From: Catajapyx aquilonaris
Lineage: Eukaryota
Direction: 5' to 3'
Length of the DNA stretch: 64,000 nucleotides
Assembly: GCA_000934665.2 (NCBI GenBank)
Contig: KZ537972.1
Span: 62,001 to 126,000, forward strand
A program made the position numbers and the translations under genes. Within the stretch, counting starts at the first letter, position 1. The number at the start of each line of letters is the position of its first letter. The notes under the pieces are model-generated. The model searched no databases. It worked only from the letters and a program-made list of their open reading frames with translations, and was not told where the DNA came from. Below are positions 38,414 to 52,900 of the stretch, piece by piece.

Positions 38414-41400
38414 GGCGGACTCCGGGTTCCCTTTCTGCCGGATTTCTGGAGTAAAGGGGGAGAGTAGTAGTGTGATGGCTTCGGGAGGACGTCGCAGGTT
38501 GAACCCTCGTGCTCTCAGGCCTTCCACGGGTGTGCACAAGTGTATGGCATGAGGAAGAGGAGGATTAGGAGTGTGGCGTTTTGGTGTGTGTGAAATTTAG
38601 GGTGTGCGACGTAATGTATTGTGTGCTGCCACCATCATAGCGCGGGTTTGTTTTGGTACGTGTGCATACAGGGGGAGAGACAGAGGTATTTTGGAGGGAT
38701 TATTTATACCCTGCTGGCGGTTCGTGTGAGAGTCAAGGTCTGCTTTGACGTTTATTGGAGCTGTCTAAAAAATTTCGTCTGCATGTAGTGACCAATTTAT
38801 TGACACCTGCACTGCTCGCGTTATAAGGTTATTAGAGTAGAAGCTTCCGGTGGTACCTAAAAGGGGCAATAATGGGCGATGGCCAAACATCTCGTTATAT
38901 TTTATGCGCCTTGCCGCAAAACGTTGAGTGCCACTTGTAGACCGTAATGACGTAGTTTGAGGAGAAAATAGGTCCACTTGGAGATGTTGCACGCACTAGT
39001 CCCATGTGCAAAAATTTCGCATGGCCCCAGCCGTGTAATTAGGGGTTGGGTGTGCGTGCTGGCCGATTGTTTTCGATCGCCAAACATGAAGCATGAGAAC
39101 AGCCTTGTTTGTCCCTGTTCTCATCTACGAGGGGGTTTTGGGGATGTGGGAATGGATAGGAGGGGGAAGGCGGATAATTTATTCCCATAATAACAAATTG
39201 GGGAGCTCAGCAGCGCACGTGTGGCCATCTTCCGGATCTTTGAAAGTGACATGCGGAGGGATTATTTGACGAGCCGATAAGGAGCAGCACTTTTAACCAA
39301 AGGGAAGGATGGAGGAAGAGAGAAAAAAATGGGCGACATCTTGAAGGTTTTTAATATATATTTTCTGGCAAAAGGAAGGGCTTCTGAAATTATGAATGTG
39401 CAGGCAGGGGAAATGGTTGTACCTAGATTGGTGGAAATGAAGGGATTAATTAATAATGAAACATCCAGGATTTCCCCAAAATGGAGCTCGCGAGTAGAGT
39501 GGGAGAAATTCCTCTCTGAAGTGAGAATGAAGAAGAGATGTACGGGAACAAATCCTCCCCGGAAGGACTTAGGCCGCAGCTTTTGGCGCTAAGGAAATTG
39601 GCACTTGAGTTGCTGGTATTAATCGAGAGCAAGTGGGGATTTAATTGCATTTGGAAGCTTATTCCCAGGCTGCTTCACAGGGGGTCACACAGTTTATCCG
39701 CAAGTAATGCAGCAAAATTTGGTAATAATCCGATAAGTATTCAATTTAATAGACGGTGTGTGCTGTGCTGTAGTCTAGGCTTTACTATTCGTATATTGAA
39801 TGTCTCAGGCCAATTTGTTTGAATTCAGATCTTACGTCGATACTACTAAGAGCTTGTTTGTTTGTTGTTGTTGGCTAGAATTTGCATGTTTTTATTGTAA
39901 TATAATAACGCAGAAATGTGTAATTTATTTGACGGATTGTCGCAGATACAAGTATAGTTTTCTGGCAAGTAAACAATCGAATTGTGGACCATGTACAGAT
40001 CATAATTTTTGAACTCCAAAATAGCCACTTGTTTAAGTGTAATTAAGTCAATTGCACAGCACTGCTATCTATTCGTGTCATTACATTGACCCTAAATGTA
40101 CAGTTTACTAGTTACTGGTGTGTGGATGACCTTCGTTAAAGAGCCACAAATGAAATTAAAGGCCATGCCTGCATTCGTCGTTACTTCAAATAACTGTGCC
40201 ACCTCTCGCCAGAACCCTGCTTAATTACATAGTGTGCGACGCACATGAACAAGTGGGGGGGACATTTTTAATTCATTGTGAGCAGCGGTAAAACGTTGAT
40301 TGCATTATGGCGCCTCATGCAGCCAGTGACGTGTGTCGGAATAATCTGACGGAATAATATCTCCCGTGTGTGTTGACATAGCCCTGGTTTTTACGATGCA
40401 ATTGCCTTTTATCTTGGTCTGGCAGTGCGCGTGGGTGCGGATGCGGTGGTTTAGCTTTTCAAGGCAGTGTGATTTCGAGTGCGTTGCAAAAATTTTTGGG
40501 TGCGTCTGGTCACTCTGTGCTGAGAGGGGAGAGAGAGGGGGGGGGGGGGAAATGGCGTCTGGGTTTAGCTGTAAAGCGCCAATGGGCATTGTGGTTGAGC
40601 AGGGAGCATGCATCCCCCATGCCAATTGTATCGGCCTACCCGATCTATTGAGCTGTTGCCTAGCTGACCAGCTTCCTACCACCATCCCCCGACTGACACC
40701 CGCGGTTCAGTTGCCAGACGGAAATTGCAGAAGGCGCATGATATAAGACCATTTTTATATCGGATTTCACGCCATTTTAAAATATGGTTATGGAGTTTAC
40801 CAATTGTGCACGCATAAAATGGGTGCCATGAGCACTTTTCACCATATTCGCACGGCCAGTTTCACACTTGACAGTAGGTCAAGGATTGAGTTTCATATCA
40901 ATCAATCTCTGGTTAATCCGGAATGGCTTTTCCGACTGTGTCACACTCGCTGCAGGATATAAGCAATTACCCCGTCATATCTGTGACGGCTGAAAATCTA
41001 AGGGCACGCAAAACTTGGGTGCTCTTTTATCCTAGCCGGTGCACAAGATGGCGGGCCCCTACACACACGCCCCTCCTGTGTCAATATTTATCGGAGGGGG
41101 GGGAGGGGGGGGGGGAAAGAACCCTCCCCCCCTCCAACACTCGTCCGGATGAGAAAAGGTCGCTGCCTTGAAACCCCCTCTGGAAGGGAATTAAGGCGTG
41201 TAACCACAGAGTGTTGTAAATAGGAAATGAAAGGGGAAGCCCCCCCAAATTCTGCGGGGGTGGGCGAAGAATCTTCTTCTCTCTTTCCCCACCCCAACCA
41301 ACCAACAACGTCTCGCAATCCCGCCTGTCTTTTGTTTTCTCCCGCTGCTCTCAACGAGTTTCCATGGCGACCCCTCGGATTATTTCCCTTCTTCCCACTT

Positions 41401-44400
41401 GGTCTGTTTTTAGGGGCGGAAATACTGCTGGAGGAAGCCTCAGTCTGAGGCCATAAGAGTGACCCTGTGTGATGGCCGCAACACTATTTCAAGTCAGGGG
41501 TGAAATAGCAGAGACAGGGTGTCCCCGATTTTGGACAATAAAAAAAGTCCGGGTTTATAAATGCGAGCCTGATGCTGGGGAAAAAAACCAATGTCATTTT
41601 CTAGTGTAGATAGGATATAATGCAAGGGGTGGTGGGGGATATGAATTTAAATCCGAAAATTCCATCTGGTGGCGTTGCGTCATGAATTCTGACACCGGCT
41701 GTATTTTTAGTTTCCGACCTAGTCCAACAGTGTGTATCGTGCGTGACGAAGCGATTCAATGATAAGCACTGACGCTGATGGACATGGAGGGGATGGAATT
41801 AGTGGCAAAGTTCGGCCACCCACCCTCCAGCCCCCATACTGTGAACCCTGGCATGACAAAAATTCCATGTACCGATCCGCTCGTGTCCGGTTTTTGTAGA
41901 TTCTGCATGGTAGCTAGGAGGAAGAGGAATAATGTTCCTCCAGAGTTAATCCCAGATAGTCTTTCATTCCGAGCCAATTTGGGAGAGATCCGCGCCCCAT
42001 AAATAACCCAATCATTTTTGTTTATGAACCTTTCCAGGGATCCCTGAGGAGCTCATCAAAACTGTCTTTTGAAGCTTCTTGCTGCGGGGGCCTGGGGTAT
42101 ATATGGATGGGGATGGAGGGATGCTGGAGATAGGATCGTTTAATCTGATCGGATCCACAAATTCTGATTTGACTATTATTCGATATCATCTAGGTGTTCG
42201 GAGTCAGAGGCAACATTGGAATTTCAAACAGGAACTGGTCAGCATCAATTTTATTCTGCGGGGAAAAAATATAGCACCTCCAGAGAGGTTGTGATAGTAC
42301 ACCACTAGGCTGTTAATATCATCCAACTTTTACACGGTCTGGTGCGGAAAAGTTTGCCAACACTTACCATCAATTTTGTACGATTGGAAAAAAGATTTCG
42401 GTGCGTAAAACCCCCTCTGTTTTACCGTGTCGGATTTTCGCCGGAACCGGAAACTTTTGGAGGGGGACTAAGCATCTGCCGAGTTGAGCCAGCTTCCTGT
42501 TGAAAAATTATGAGTTTTTTGCAGGTGCAATTTAGAGCGCTAATGAACTTTCCACCCTCCCCCCCTTAAGATCAGCGGCGCTTCTTCCGAAAACAAGAAA
42601 AAGCCGAAATCGATACAAAGCAACACCCGGAAAGTAATAAATGAAAAGAAATTATCCGGAAGCTTGGGGAAGCATCCGGGTGTATCTACTCCCCCTGTAG
42701 GGCTGGGCATGGAAACCTATACTAATCGGATTCTCAGGGAAGTTGTCCTCGAGGGAGAGTTCGGCAACGGGGATAAGGTGGCAAAGGGGAAAAGGTGTAA
42801 TCCGAACGCTCACAAATCAATAAAATGCGGGCCTCACAATCAAGTCAGTTAAGGAAACACAGCTTGGCGGTAAGCCCATTAGAGAGAGGATCCTTAATAG
42901 CTCAGGAATTGGCTTGGGGCCTGCCACAAAGTGGAGGAAAATGGCGCCGATATTTTTGCACCATTTTTGCGCTCGTTTCGTGTAGTTCTAAGAATTTCCG
43001 GGCTCTTTTTTTCCCCCCATAGCCTGTAATGACGACAATAAACCAAGACGAGACATAATCAGTTCCTTTAATGCTGTAATAGCACACCAGATGAACTCAA
43101 AAGGAAAATCTGCGCTCGCAAATTGAGTGCTAAACAGAATTATGGAAGTAATTGACTTTTAAATCTTCATTTAGGAGACAAAGGAATTCATTACAAGCTC
43201 GACTGCGCGTCTTTTGATTCAGGTTTCTCTGGCAAAAAATTGCAGTACACATGTCCACTGCGGTGTTTCCAGAAAATGAAGACAAATGTAGACACAGTAA
43301 AAAGAAGAGTAGCTGTAAATCTGAATACCAAAATGAAAACGGAGCTTAGTATTCCTTTCTGGGCTGTCACGTTGCACTCGCCGAACCCATTTGCATGAGA
43401 CAGATGCTACAAAAGGAAAAGGGGTTTGGGGTGTTGGGAGAAAAAAAGGCTCTTTTTGTTGTTGCCAGGCTTGGAAAACACATTCTGCTTTTCTGGGCAT
43501 GGGGCATCACGGTGCGTTCTAAAAGTCAGATACGCACCCGGATTTGTCACGCGGGGCTGACCAAGACTTGGCATTTACCAAGTCGCGGTTCGAAACCCAG
43601 CCCGGATAATTTCCGGACGTCTGTTCCCATTTTGTCAGAGGCAGTCAACAGGGCTGTTCTTCTCCAAGCCCTCCCCCTAACATTGCCTGCAATTAGGGCC
43701 CGGATTCCATTCCCACGACACCCCTTCTCAGGACCTTTATGGCTGCAGACAAGCAGACAAACGTGGAACCTTTTTTGGGGGGGATCCTTTTTTCGCATCC
43801 TGTGGTTAGGCATTTACCTTGGGGGTAAAACCGCCCGTTTTTTCGCTGTGGGCTAAAATCCGTCGCAAAGTGGTGGGGGCAAAGGCGGTTGCGGATAGGC
43901 CGGTAATTAGGTAATGGAGGAGGGGAAGGGGGAGATTTTTGTTCAAATATATAGAAGGTATAGCTTGGATCGATGGGTGGCATCTGCTTCTGACTTGTTC
44001 CTCTCGAATGTCAGCAGAGGGTGGAAGGAGAGGAACATCTCATGCGGAGAAAACTAATGTGCCAGCTTCACTCCGGACATATTTTATGTGTATTGAGAAC
44101 GTGTGTTGTAGTAATAAATAGCAGTCGTGCGCAAACGAGGAATTTATTCGTGTCAATTCTTGAGACCTGAAGTTCTTATATTGGAGCGTGATATTTGAGT
44201 GGCAGCTGTCGGTGCCGGGCGGGTACTGTATCAGGTGAAATCGTAACACTCGTTATAGTTCGGTCGTATGAGATCTGATGGGGATGAATTTGATGTAGGG
44301 CGATTGGAGGCTGAGGATTACTGGTTCTGAATACCAGGATTCATGCAGCCGGACTTAGGATTAATTTAGCATCAGTTTTAGCAATTTTGAATGAATCAGA

Positions 44401-47400
44401 TATACAGTATATGCAACCTTACAGAAGACTGCCATACAAAAATGAATATGAAACTCACGCATAAATACACACCGTATAGGAATTAACATATTTTACTGAA
44501 TCGTTAATTGCAACAAATCGGCCACGAATAAAATTTAAAAGCGTCAGTGGTGCTGCAGATGCCAATACCTTCAAAATGAAATTTAGTGGAAAAAACTCTT
44601 GCCTTCTTGAAAATGTGAACACTTAAATTTTTTTCTCTATTTCTCCATCTGGGAGAATCATTTTTTATCATGCTGCTTGTGCGCCGATATGGAATTCCAC
44701 GTCGCGATTCTATACGGGCTACTGCATTTTTCAACACGACTAGCAATGTACGGTACACACGGCAGTCCGCAGTATTTTGTTTTCTATGCAGAATGAGCGT
44801 GCCCAAAATAGCGGACCAGACATTTTGATGCCTGACGTTCTATATTAATTTTGCGTAGTACTATTACAATCACAAGTTCGTCTTCAGATGTTTACTCTTT
44901 ATAACCACGCGCTCAGTACCGCCGGTTCAATATTTTCGTTGCGGACCATATACAGTATATAATATAAAAACATAAATTAATGAGCTCATCTGTTAATCCT
45001 TGTCCATTACACTAATTAGACTACAGTGTAGCAAACACTGCAGCATTTATTACAGTAAAGTATGAATTTTCTAATTGCTTCTTCCAGTAACACTGACCGT
45101 GATTAAGCGCGTTTTAAAATGGGATAGATTGACCAGAGGACGTTCAAGAATAATGGCTCCAGCCAACTCACTGTTAGAATGAAGTGGTGAAAGTACGGGA
45201 TAGATAGAGCCAGATTCTAGTCGGGGGTTCTGGACATTGGCCTCTCTCACAGAAGCCGGTCCTGTCTATAAAAGGGCGCTAAATCCTTCCAGAGCAAGTG
45301 ACCAAAATGCGGATCCCAACAGCCGCTGATCCCCATCGCCCATTCGTCTCTCTTCCCACACACACACATACACACCGCAGCACTTTAGATCGCAGACCGG
45401 TTAGGTAAATGGGCCTAGAATAATTCACACCTGAAAACCCACAGTTTTTTTGTGTGTATAGGGGTGCAATCCGATGAGAGTTGGCAAACTCGCGTAATTT
45501 TCTTGTGCCACGTGCGTTCCCCCTTGCCGATATGGAGGAGAATGCGATTAACTGAAGCCATTAGAGAGCGATCGGGTTTTGGTTAGAAGCTTCGACATTT
45601 TGGGGAGGGGTTTCCAACCTTGGCTTCCAAAGGTGGGTTCATACAACGGCGCATTCCGCAACATGATTTGAGCTTTGGGCAAATAGATCAAAGTGTTTTT
45701 AGGCCCCGCACATTGTGATGTCGGCCTGTGTGAATTTTTGGGAGGGGTATATATGGTTGATACTCGGAATTATATCTGGGGAATGTTATAGTGATAACTG
45801 GGCTTTGATAAAGGGTGGGCGATATTTTAAATAGCTGAGAGCCGTTTGAATCGAGCTGTTAAAAAAAATGAAAGTATCGTTTTCAGATGTGGTATTAGTA
45901 TCAGCGAGCTAAATTTTTTTTTTGAAGGTGGGCTTGGAAAATGAGGCCACGCTTCTGCTGTTGCTACTCCAATCTTGCATTTATTTATCACTGGTGTCCG
46001 GGAGAACGTTAAGTCTGCTTCTGGACCCCCCTTCTGACTGGCTGGGAAGCCATTTTGGTCCCGGGCCCAGCTAATTGTGTTGACATAGACCGTCAGCTCG
46101 TTTAATGTCGCCATTACCCTCTTCCTTCCCTAGCCGGTCGTACATAGCTTGCATTAGCACCTGCACATGGCTCCATGGCTAATATTAAAAATTTCTATGC
46201 TTATTCCGGCTCGCCAACACGCAAAGGTCAGATTGTGGGTACAACTCGGTCTCTTTTATTTCTGTTCTCATGATCTAAAGTGAGACACATTGCAGTAAGG
46301 AAATCTTCTGGAGCACACGAAACGATACTGAAGGAGCAGGCCGTTTGCGTGACTTTGAACGATAATAATTGTGGTTCCATTTACCGAGTATTATCAGTGA
46401 TATCATCACTCACTGTACAACACTTGATGGCTGTTTTTTTCCCGGAGCAGCTCGAGAAATTGCAGAGTTTTTGAATAAGAATATTTGTTCCTATAGTGTA
46501 TACGTTAGGCTTTGGCAAAATGTAGCTCTTTTTATCAGTAGCGTCTGTCCCTTTGATCTTGCCTCGGCTTGTGTAGACTCTCACACTTGATCAGGCAAAA
46601 AGCAATGAAAGAGCTTAATGGATTGCGTCTATCCTGTGCGGCACTGATAATTTGTTTAACATGAATCGACTAGTCCTTAAAGGCAAGTGGAGCATGGCCG
46701 AGGTATACTACGTACGAGAATGGCGCCTGCGCTTCTGCTGGCCGCCAGATAAGCTCCTGCGATTTCGCCAGCCATTATGTGCCCGGATTTGTTCTTAACA
46801 CAAGGCCCCTCTATCGAAAGCAGCGAGAGTGGGTTGCCAGAGGAAACCCACTCCTTAGGACATAACTCCCACTGAATAGGACAAAGGCCAGCAGGCTTTG
46901 TCACCCACAGGTCGTCGCTTAAAGAGATATTACAGCCGTTGCTTCTGCGGCCACCAGGCGATAATTAATTGTGTATTGACAATTGCAATTCGTGCTCGGA
47001 CGATCATGGCATGTTGATTCGGGAGGAAAAAAATTAACACGATTACCCCCCATCCGTGCGTGGAGAGTGGCACAGGCACAGTAAATAATTACGAGCGTAT
47101 CGGTAATTGTAAAGCAGTGTAGTGATGCATTGGTGCATGATCCTCCCACCAGCCGAACCCCATTGACAAGTTAGTCTACCATGATTGATTTCTCCGGGGA
47201 CAAAAGTTGAGGCCAAGTGGCAAGTAGCCCTAAGGGGGGAGAGGCGGGGGACGATGGCAAGCGGGGAATCTTCTCCCTTTCTCGCCCACTCCATCTCGGG
47301 GCCCTTTGAAAGCCTCCAGAGGAAGGTCTCTCCCTGGAGCTGCTGCCTCCTCCCTATCGCACTCTCTTCGTCTCTTCACCCAGTGTCCGACCATGCTCTC

Positions 47401-49663
47401 GGCGGGCTCAAAGGATCCGCGGTTTCCACCCTCAAATCGGAATTCTTATTGATCAATCATTTTTGCTGGTTCAGTCTCTCGGTGCCTACTTGCAGAGAGT
47501 GCACTCGAGTGGGAGGAAAATGTAATGCAGGGGACTATAGGGAGTGCGGTTTTATAGGCCTATTGGTTTTCGGAAATTGTCATTTGGGGACAGCACAGTC
47601 GGTTTGTGGTCAATTAGGCGTCCTGTCCGATTGGCAGCCACATTTTGGCGTACTGTTCCGGATTGACTCTTGAGGTTGAAATCAGTTATGGAGGCACTCG
47701 ACTCCTCTGTACTGGTCAGTGGAAAGTTGAAATTGCAGAAGTCGAAATTGTGCCATGAAGCTGAAAATTTGGTATCTACCATATTTACAATAGGCATTCA
47801 TATAAGAAAGATTCAGCAATTATCTGCAATAATTTTATGCATCGAGTAGGGTTTAATAGCGAACGATAATGCGTGACGGAAGGTTCTGAATGGGCAGGGT
47901 GTGCCGTGCTTTGCATGCTGCTATTTTTTTGCGTCGGTCTGAGACTAATGAATTTAAACGCCGCTTGCAGATTTGGAGTGGGGAAAAAAAACTTCACCTG
48001 TTTCGTATCACGTTTTTGACGTGAAATAGTGTCACGATGTTTTAGGGGTCAGGAGAGATTGTGTGCTCCCAATTTGAATAAACACGCGCCGGACTGGGAA
48101 TTTTTGCGGGAGTGTAATTAGATGGTAATGGCTGAGTGGATCCTGTCCGTTTTTTATTGCTTTTTTATTCTCGCATTGCTAGTTTTATTCTATGGCTTGG
48201 AACGCGTGGAAAATGCAGGTAATTTATTCATTTCCTGATAAAATACTAAACAACCTGGTGACTATTGCATATGCATTCTCTTGGATAACCAGCAATGTAA
48301 ATTCAGTAATCCTAATTAGGGATTCATAATGCCGAATTTAATAGCATGCAGCGTTCATAATAAGTTTTACGTTGAAAATTGCCAGTATATATTTGCCATC
48401 ATGGCATGCATTTGTTCATCAGACTATTTTGCAGGTGACATTATTTATTCGCCATTAAAATGTTTAGTTTTTTCCCCACGTCCTGTGTCCAATTTATGAA
48501 TGCGGTGAAGCCTCTAAACGAAGAGCATGTAGTTTCAAATATGGCATAACCAAAGATAATGCAGTTTTATTAATTGCACATTATTTGAACAGGTTTACAG
48601 TGATGGCAACATCACAGTGTAAATTGCACTTGCGGGCAACACAATACAACCGCTCAACGTGGCAGTTGACATTTCTAAACGATCATGATTTCTTGGATAC
48701 CCACTCAGATAATTACAAAAATTTAATGCAGGTGTTTGTGACAATTTATTGCTCTCTCAATGATCAGCCAACTATAACCAGGAAGACATAACAGAAGGGA
48801 CAGTATTACCAGGATCTTTATTTACTTTTCCCAATAAAAAATATTCCGTATCAATTTTACTGACAAGGCAGGCGTGAGAGACATTTCTAGATGCCATTTA
48901 TTGGCACGTTCCGACACGAGTGTAAGAGCTGCGAAGTTTCTCACGCCGTCACCATTCCGCGACAAAATGCCTGCCTTCTTTTGAAACCGACAGAACCACA
49001 CAGAACCAACATAGGTGTACATAAGGACGATGTTTTTGACACTCTGGAAATCATGCAGTGCCAACTTCACTTTTTCGTGCCTCCGACATGCCTTGCCTGA
49101 AAGTGACGTATACATCTAGTTGGCAGAATTCCTGGGGATGGTGTGCCATTATTATTTTTTTATTTTTTTTTGCCTGCTGTCTCTCCCTTTATGTGGCTTT
49201 TAAGTAGAGAACTCATTTCTCTCCCCGGTTTCTCATAACCGGAACTTGACTGTAAAGTCATGCGTGATGGTGGCAGCTCAGGTGCGACGTTTGTGTGTGT
49301 GTTTCCACCTCTAGGAAGTAAAGAATCTGCAGAACTGGGGTATATCCGGAGAAGATGAAAAGCTTGATCCATCATTGGATCCGTCCAAGTGCGAGAGAGT
49401 CCTGAAGGAGCCGGGAGTGCCATCCCGCTGGGGATAAAATATGGTGGAGGAGGCGGCGGGAAAGCTCCCCGAACTCCATTTGCCGGGTTCCGGAGAAGTG
49501 CGGGTGTCACGGTGCAACCCGGATGATGGAGCGAGAGCGCCTCCGGAGTCCCCGGGCTCCTCCGGGGAGGCTGCGGCCTGGTCCGTGTGATGCCTCAGCT
49601 GCGGGTTTCCCAAGGCCTGCTGGTGGATGCCTGAACATGCAGCAAGCAGGCACTTGAGCGCCC

Positions 49664-49951
49664 ATGCAGGACTTTGAGGAGTGCGGGAGTCCACGTGTGA
49701 GCAGAGGTGGTGCACAAGTGTACGGAGGAGGGCGGTTGGTGCGCGAGGACAGTGTGCTCAATCTCCTCCAGTCGGTTTGCTCAGGGGAGGACGCCCAGAG
49801 CGTGACTGGGGCGGACATGTTGCCTCCCACTATGGAAGCTGTGCTCAAGCAGCTGATGCATCTCAGCTCCAGCACGCAGCATCCGATTCCAGGGGGAGGA
49901 AAGAATGGGGTTAAGACGTGCAGTTGCATCGTGCATCTGGTGTTGCTTCAG
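49664..49951 (+). CDS. Candidate alternative first coding exon of liprin-alpha (96 codons): MQDFEECGSPRVSRGG...KTCSCIVHLVLLQ
   Basis: Part of track ORF 49664..50023 in a conspicuously GC-rich, exon-like block. Ends CAG|GTATAT in phase 0, after which the composition turns AT-rich. Lies 5.7 kb upstream of the phase-0 acceptor at 55694. Confidence 0.5.
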
Positions 49952-52900
49952 GTATATATGGGGGAGATAATAACTATGGTAATAAAGCATTCTGTGAGAG
50001 GAAACTACAGCATTAGATGCTGAGACCCTCAATTTCCCTTAAATACGGAAATACGGAAACGTTCCCTTCTCAACCAGTTAGTCGGAATGTCAACATGGCC
50101 TTTATCCAAGGGCGACTCTCATTGGCAAGAGGGAGACTACCTGACTAATCACAGCGGGAGGAAGGACTTTCCCAGCAGCTTCCCGAAAGTTGGGAGCCTT
50201 TGTACTTTACAGTTCCGCGCAACTTTTCAGGGGAAAGTTTCGTCTCCTCTCGCAGTGGTCAGACTGTCCGCCGTCTGGCTGTGACAACCGCTCTTCCATC
50301 GCTCGTTACCGAAGTTGAAGTTGGCATTCCAAAGACGGGAACAGGGTGTTTACTTTGGCTTCACTTTTGTCGGTGTAAAAAAAAGAGAGAGGAAAAAAAT
50401 GGCAAGTGAGCTGCATTTATAATACTTTCACGATCAGCAGTAAAGCTTTGGTCAGCCGTCGGATTTCTTCTGGTCGTCTTAAATCCGCCCACCCTTTCGT
50501 TTACGACTGACTTGCCTCCGGGGATTACAAACTATAGCTACTCGTAGCTCTTTAATTGATTATGTTTGGCTACTGCTACCTGAAGGTACTAGAGATGTTT
50601 TTGTACACTCTCTGGAGTGGGTTAATCTGTCCAGTCTCTCAGTCTTCAGTACTGTTTTTCAGCTCTCACTGATCCTGCTGTAAATGGTGCTTCGACAACC
50701 CCAATCATTTTAGTAAGCTATAGCTTTTAGTGCAGCACGTGCCATACAATACTGAAATTTTTGCACCAGTTCCTGTTGTGGCCCTCACTAGTCGGTTAAC
50801 CATTGCCCATGTTCATGAATTTCTAACCGGAGACCTGTAATTTTGTGTCCTGCAGTTGTTATTACGCCCATTTACGCCGGCTCCATTGGCCAACTGTCCC
50901 GTGAATTGCCGTTTTGTTAACGTTTTCCCTGCAACGCGCTCTACAGTTTTTGAGCCCATCTCTATGCCCTATTATTGCGAACGTCAGAGCGTCACAACCG
51001 GTCGTTGGCAGCACCCGGAATCGGCCACTGCGCCCGGTTTTCGACGACATCCCAGGTCGACCCAACTCGAGCGTGATTAAAATACGAGCATCGTGCTCGG
51101 CCCATTTGGAAAGTGAAGCTTCCATACACCATACTCCCGGTACTGGTAAGGCTCCTGTACACTGCGGTTATCTGCGGTCGAATTAAGTGGAAAGCCCCAT
51201 CCCTTAGAATGCAAGGATGAGAAGAGAGGGCTTTGATCCCCCGGATTCGAGATAGCAAGCCCTTGGCCGGCTTCATCTTTGGCCGTGCAGCTTTTCCGCT
51301 CGAATATTCCGCAGAGTTAGATGCCGGGGAATCCCCGCAGGGACAAAGGACTGAGGTCCTAAGACCCCCTCCTTCCGATACTGCCTATGGTTTGTAGGGC
51401 CACCAGACTTGACTGCTCTTTCCCCCTCTCTCCCCTTACCATCTCGAAATGGCTCCACGGCAACAAAGATCCGGAGTGGTGGGGGATTATGGAGACAGAT
51501 AAGCACTGACTGTCACTGCCTTTCCTCCGGACATTCCATGCATTTCTAACCAGATTCGTTCCCTCCCCACAGCAAATCACGCCATGTTGCGTTGCAGACC
51601 CCTCACCTGCAGGCACTGTAGATCCTGCTGCTGCAGTCGACAAATCGATCAGGGTTGATAAGGTCGCTTAAATGGCGCCAGGAATTTCCTATGTTAAGAG
51701 ACTCGACCGGAGTATTTTGTTCCAGGGTGCTGCTGACCAACCTACGCAAAAATTTTGTATGCGGAGGATTTGGTCGATACGGTCGTGAAGCGAGGAGAGA
51801 AAGTACGCAGTCGTGTAGGGAGGAGGAAATATGTGGGAATTCCGGAGACTAAATTGTTGTGGGTTAAGGGCAAGGGATGGGAAGATGAAACGAAGCAATT
51901 CGTCGAGTGCGAGAAGCTGTGTCGACATTGGAATTCCAGTCAATCGAGAGCTGGAGGGGAGGGAAGTCTTCTGGACACGCGACTGTCTTTTTTTTTTCCT
52001 TCTGATTTTTTCTTCTCTATTTTCTTCATATGGGCAGAGGGGGAAAGCCGAAGCGGGTTCCGGGTCACGTAGCTCTCGTCGCGAATTCCGGACTCGTTCC
52101 TTTGGCCAGACACCGGAGACTTCTGGTAATTTTTTTCCGGCCCGATGCACCTGCCAGGAGCCTCCTGGATGTTGCCAAGGTGTTTTCCTTCTCAGGTCCA
52201 AGGGACATGACGGCAGTGAGAGCCCAATGCTGTTCAAGGGGTTTAAGCCTCGTTAAGGTAGTTTACCTCCCGCCTTTTTGTGAAGCCGGCGAGTTTGGGC
52301 CCGGTTTTGTCGTCGATTCAGCCAGTCTGGAGCATCTCATTCAATTACGCCAGGATTGTACTGGCATGCTTCCTAATCCACTTGACCATTAGTAGATAAA
52401 GAATGGCGTTGCGTTAGTGGAAACGGGAGTGTCTCAGTTCCCTAGAGCGCTCTGTAATCGAAGGGATAAAAAGGATAACGATGTATCATAGCGATACAAG
52501 GAACTTGTCTTTTACCTGTTAGCGAAACTACAGCAAGGATCTAATGATTGGAGCAACTTTGCACTTAGCGAAACCCGGTCTTTGGAAGCGGGGATTATAG
52601 GAAAAGGAGCCTGAAGCGAAGCATGCAGTTATGGGCTGGTGCCTAGCGTTTATGCAACAAGTCAAAACCCATTTTTGGACTCCACAGTTGGAGTGATGTT
52701 GCTTGGCGTGGAACTGAAATTGCTATTCTCTATTTGCACAGGGTTCGCTGTGAGCCAAATGCGAAATTGGAGGACCGGGTGGATTCAGAATCAATAGTCA
52801 ATACTTTGGATGCTGGGAGTCAACACAAACGCGATGCAAAAGGCAGCATCTTGGCCGCGGGCTAAAATAAAAGGAGGAGCAAAAAGAGAAGAAGAAAAAA

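Noticed and set aside
42825..42875. MRASQSSQLRKHSLA followed by GTAAGC (phase 0)
   Set aside because: No promoter context or coding texture; such short ATG-donor pairs are expected by chance in 55 kb.
45267..45410. TATAAAAG followed by a short ATG frame and TAG|GTAAAT donor
   Set aside because: The donor is phase 2 relative to the ATG, so it is incompatible with the 55694 exon; the frame runs through a CA microsatellite; no clear initiator.
49160..49929. Overlapping minus-strand ORFs of 116-140 aa
   Set aside because: Expected in a GC-rich block; no domain similarity. The + strand frame with a phase-0 donor explains the region better.
50856..51151. Possible cassette exon (CTGCAG acceptor at 50855, CTG|GTAAGG donor near 51146)
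   Set aside because: The phase-0 frame from this acceptor stops at 51080, the donor is not in a compatible phase, and the peptides are not protein-like.
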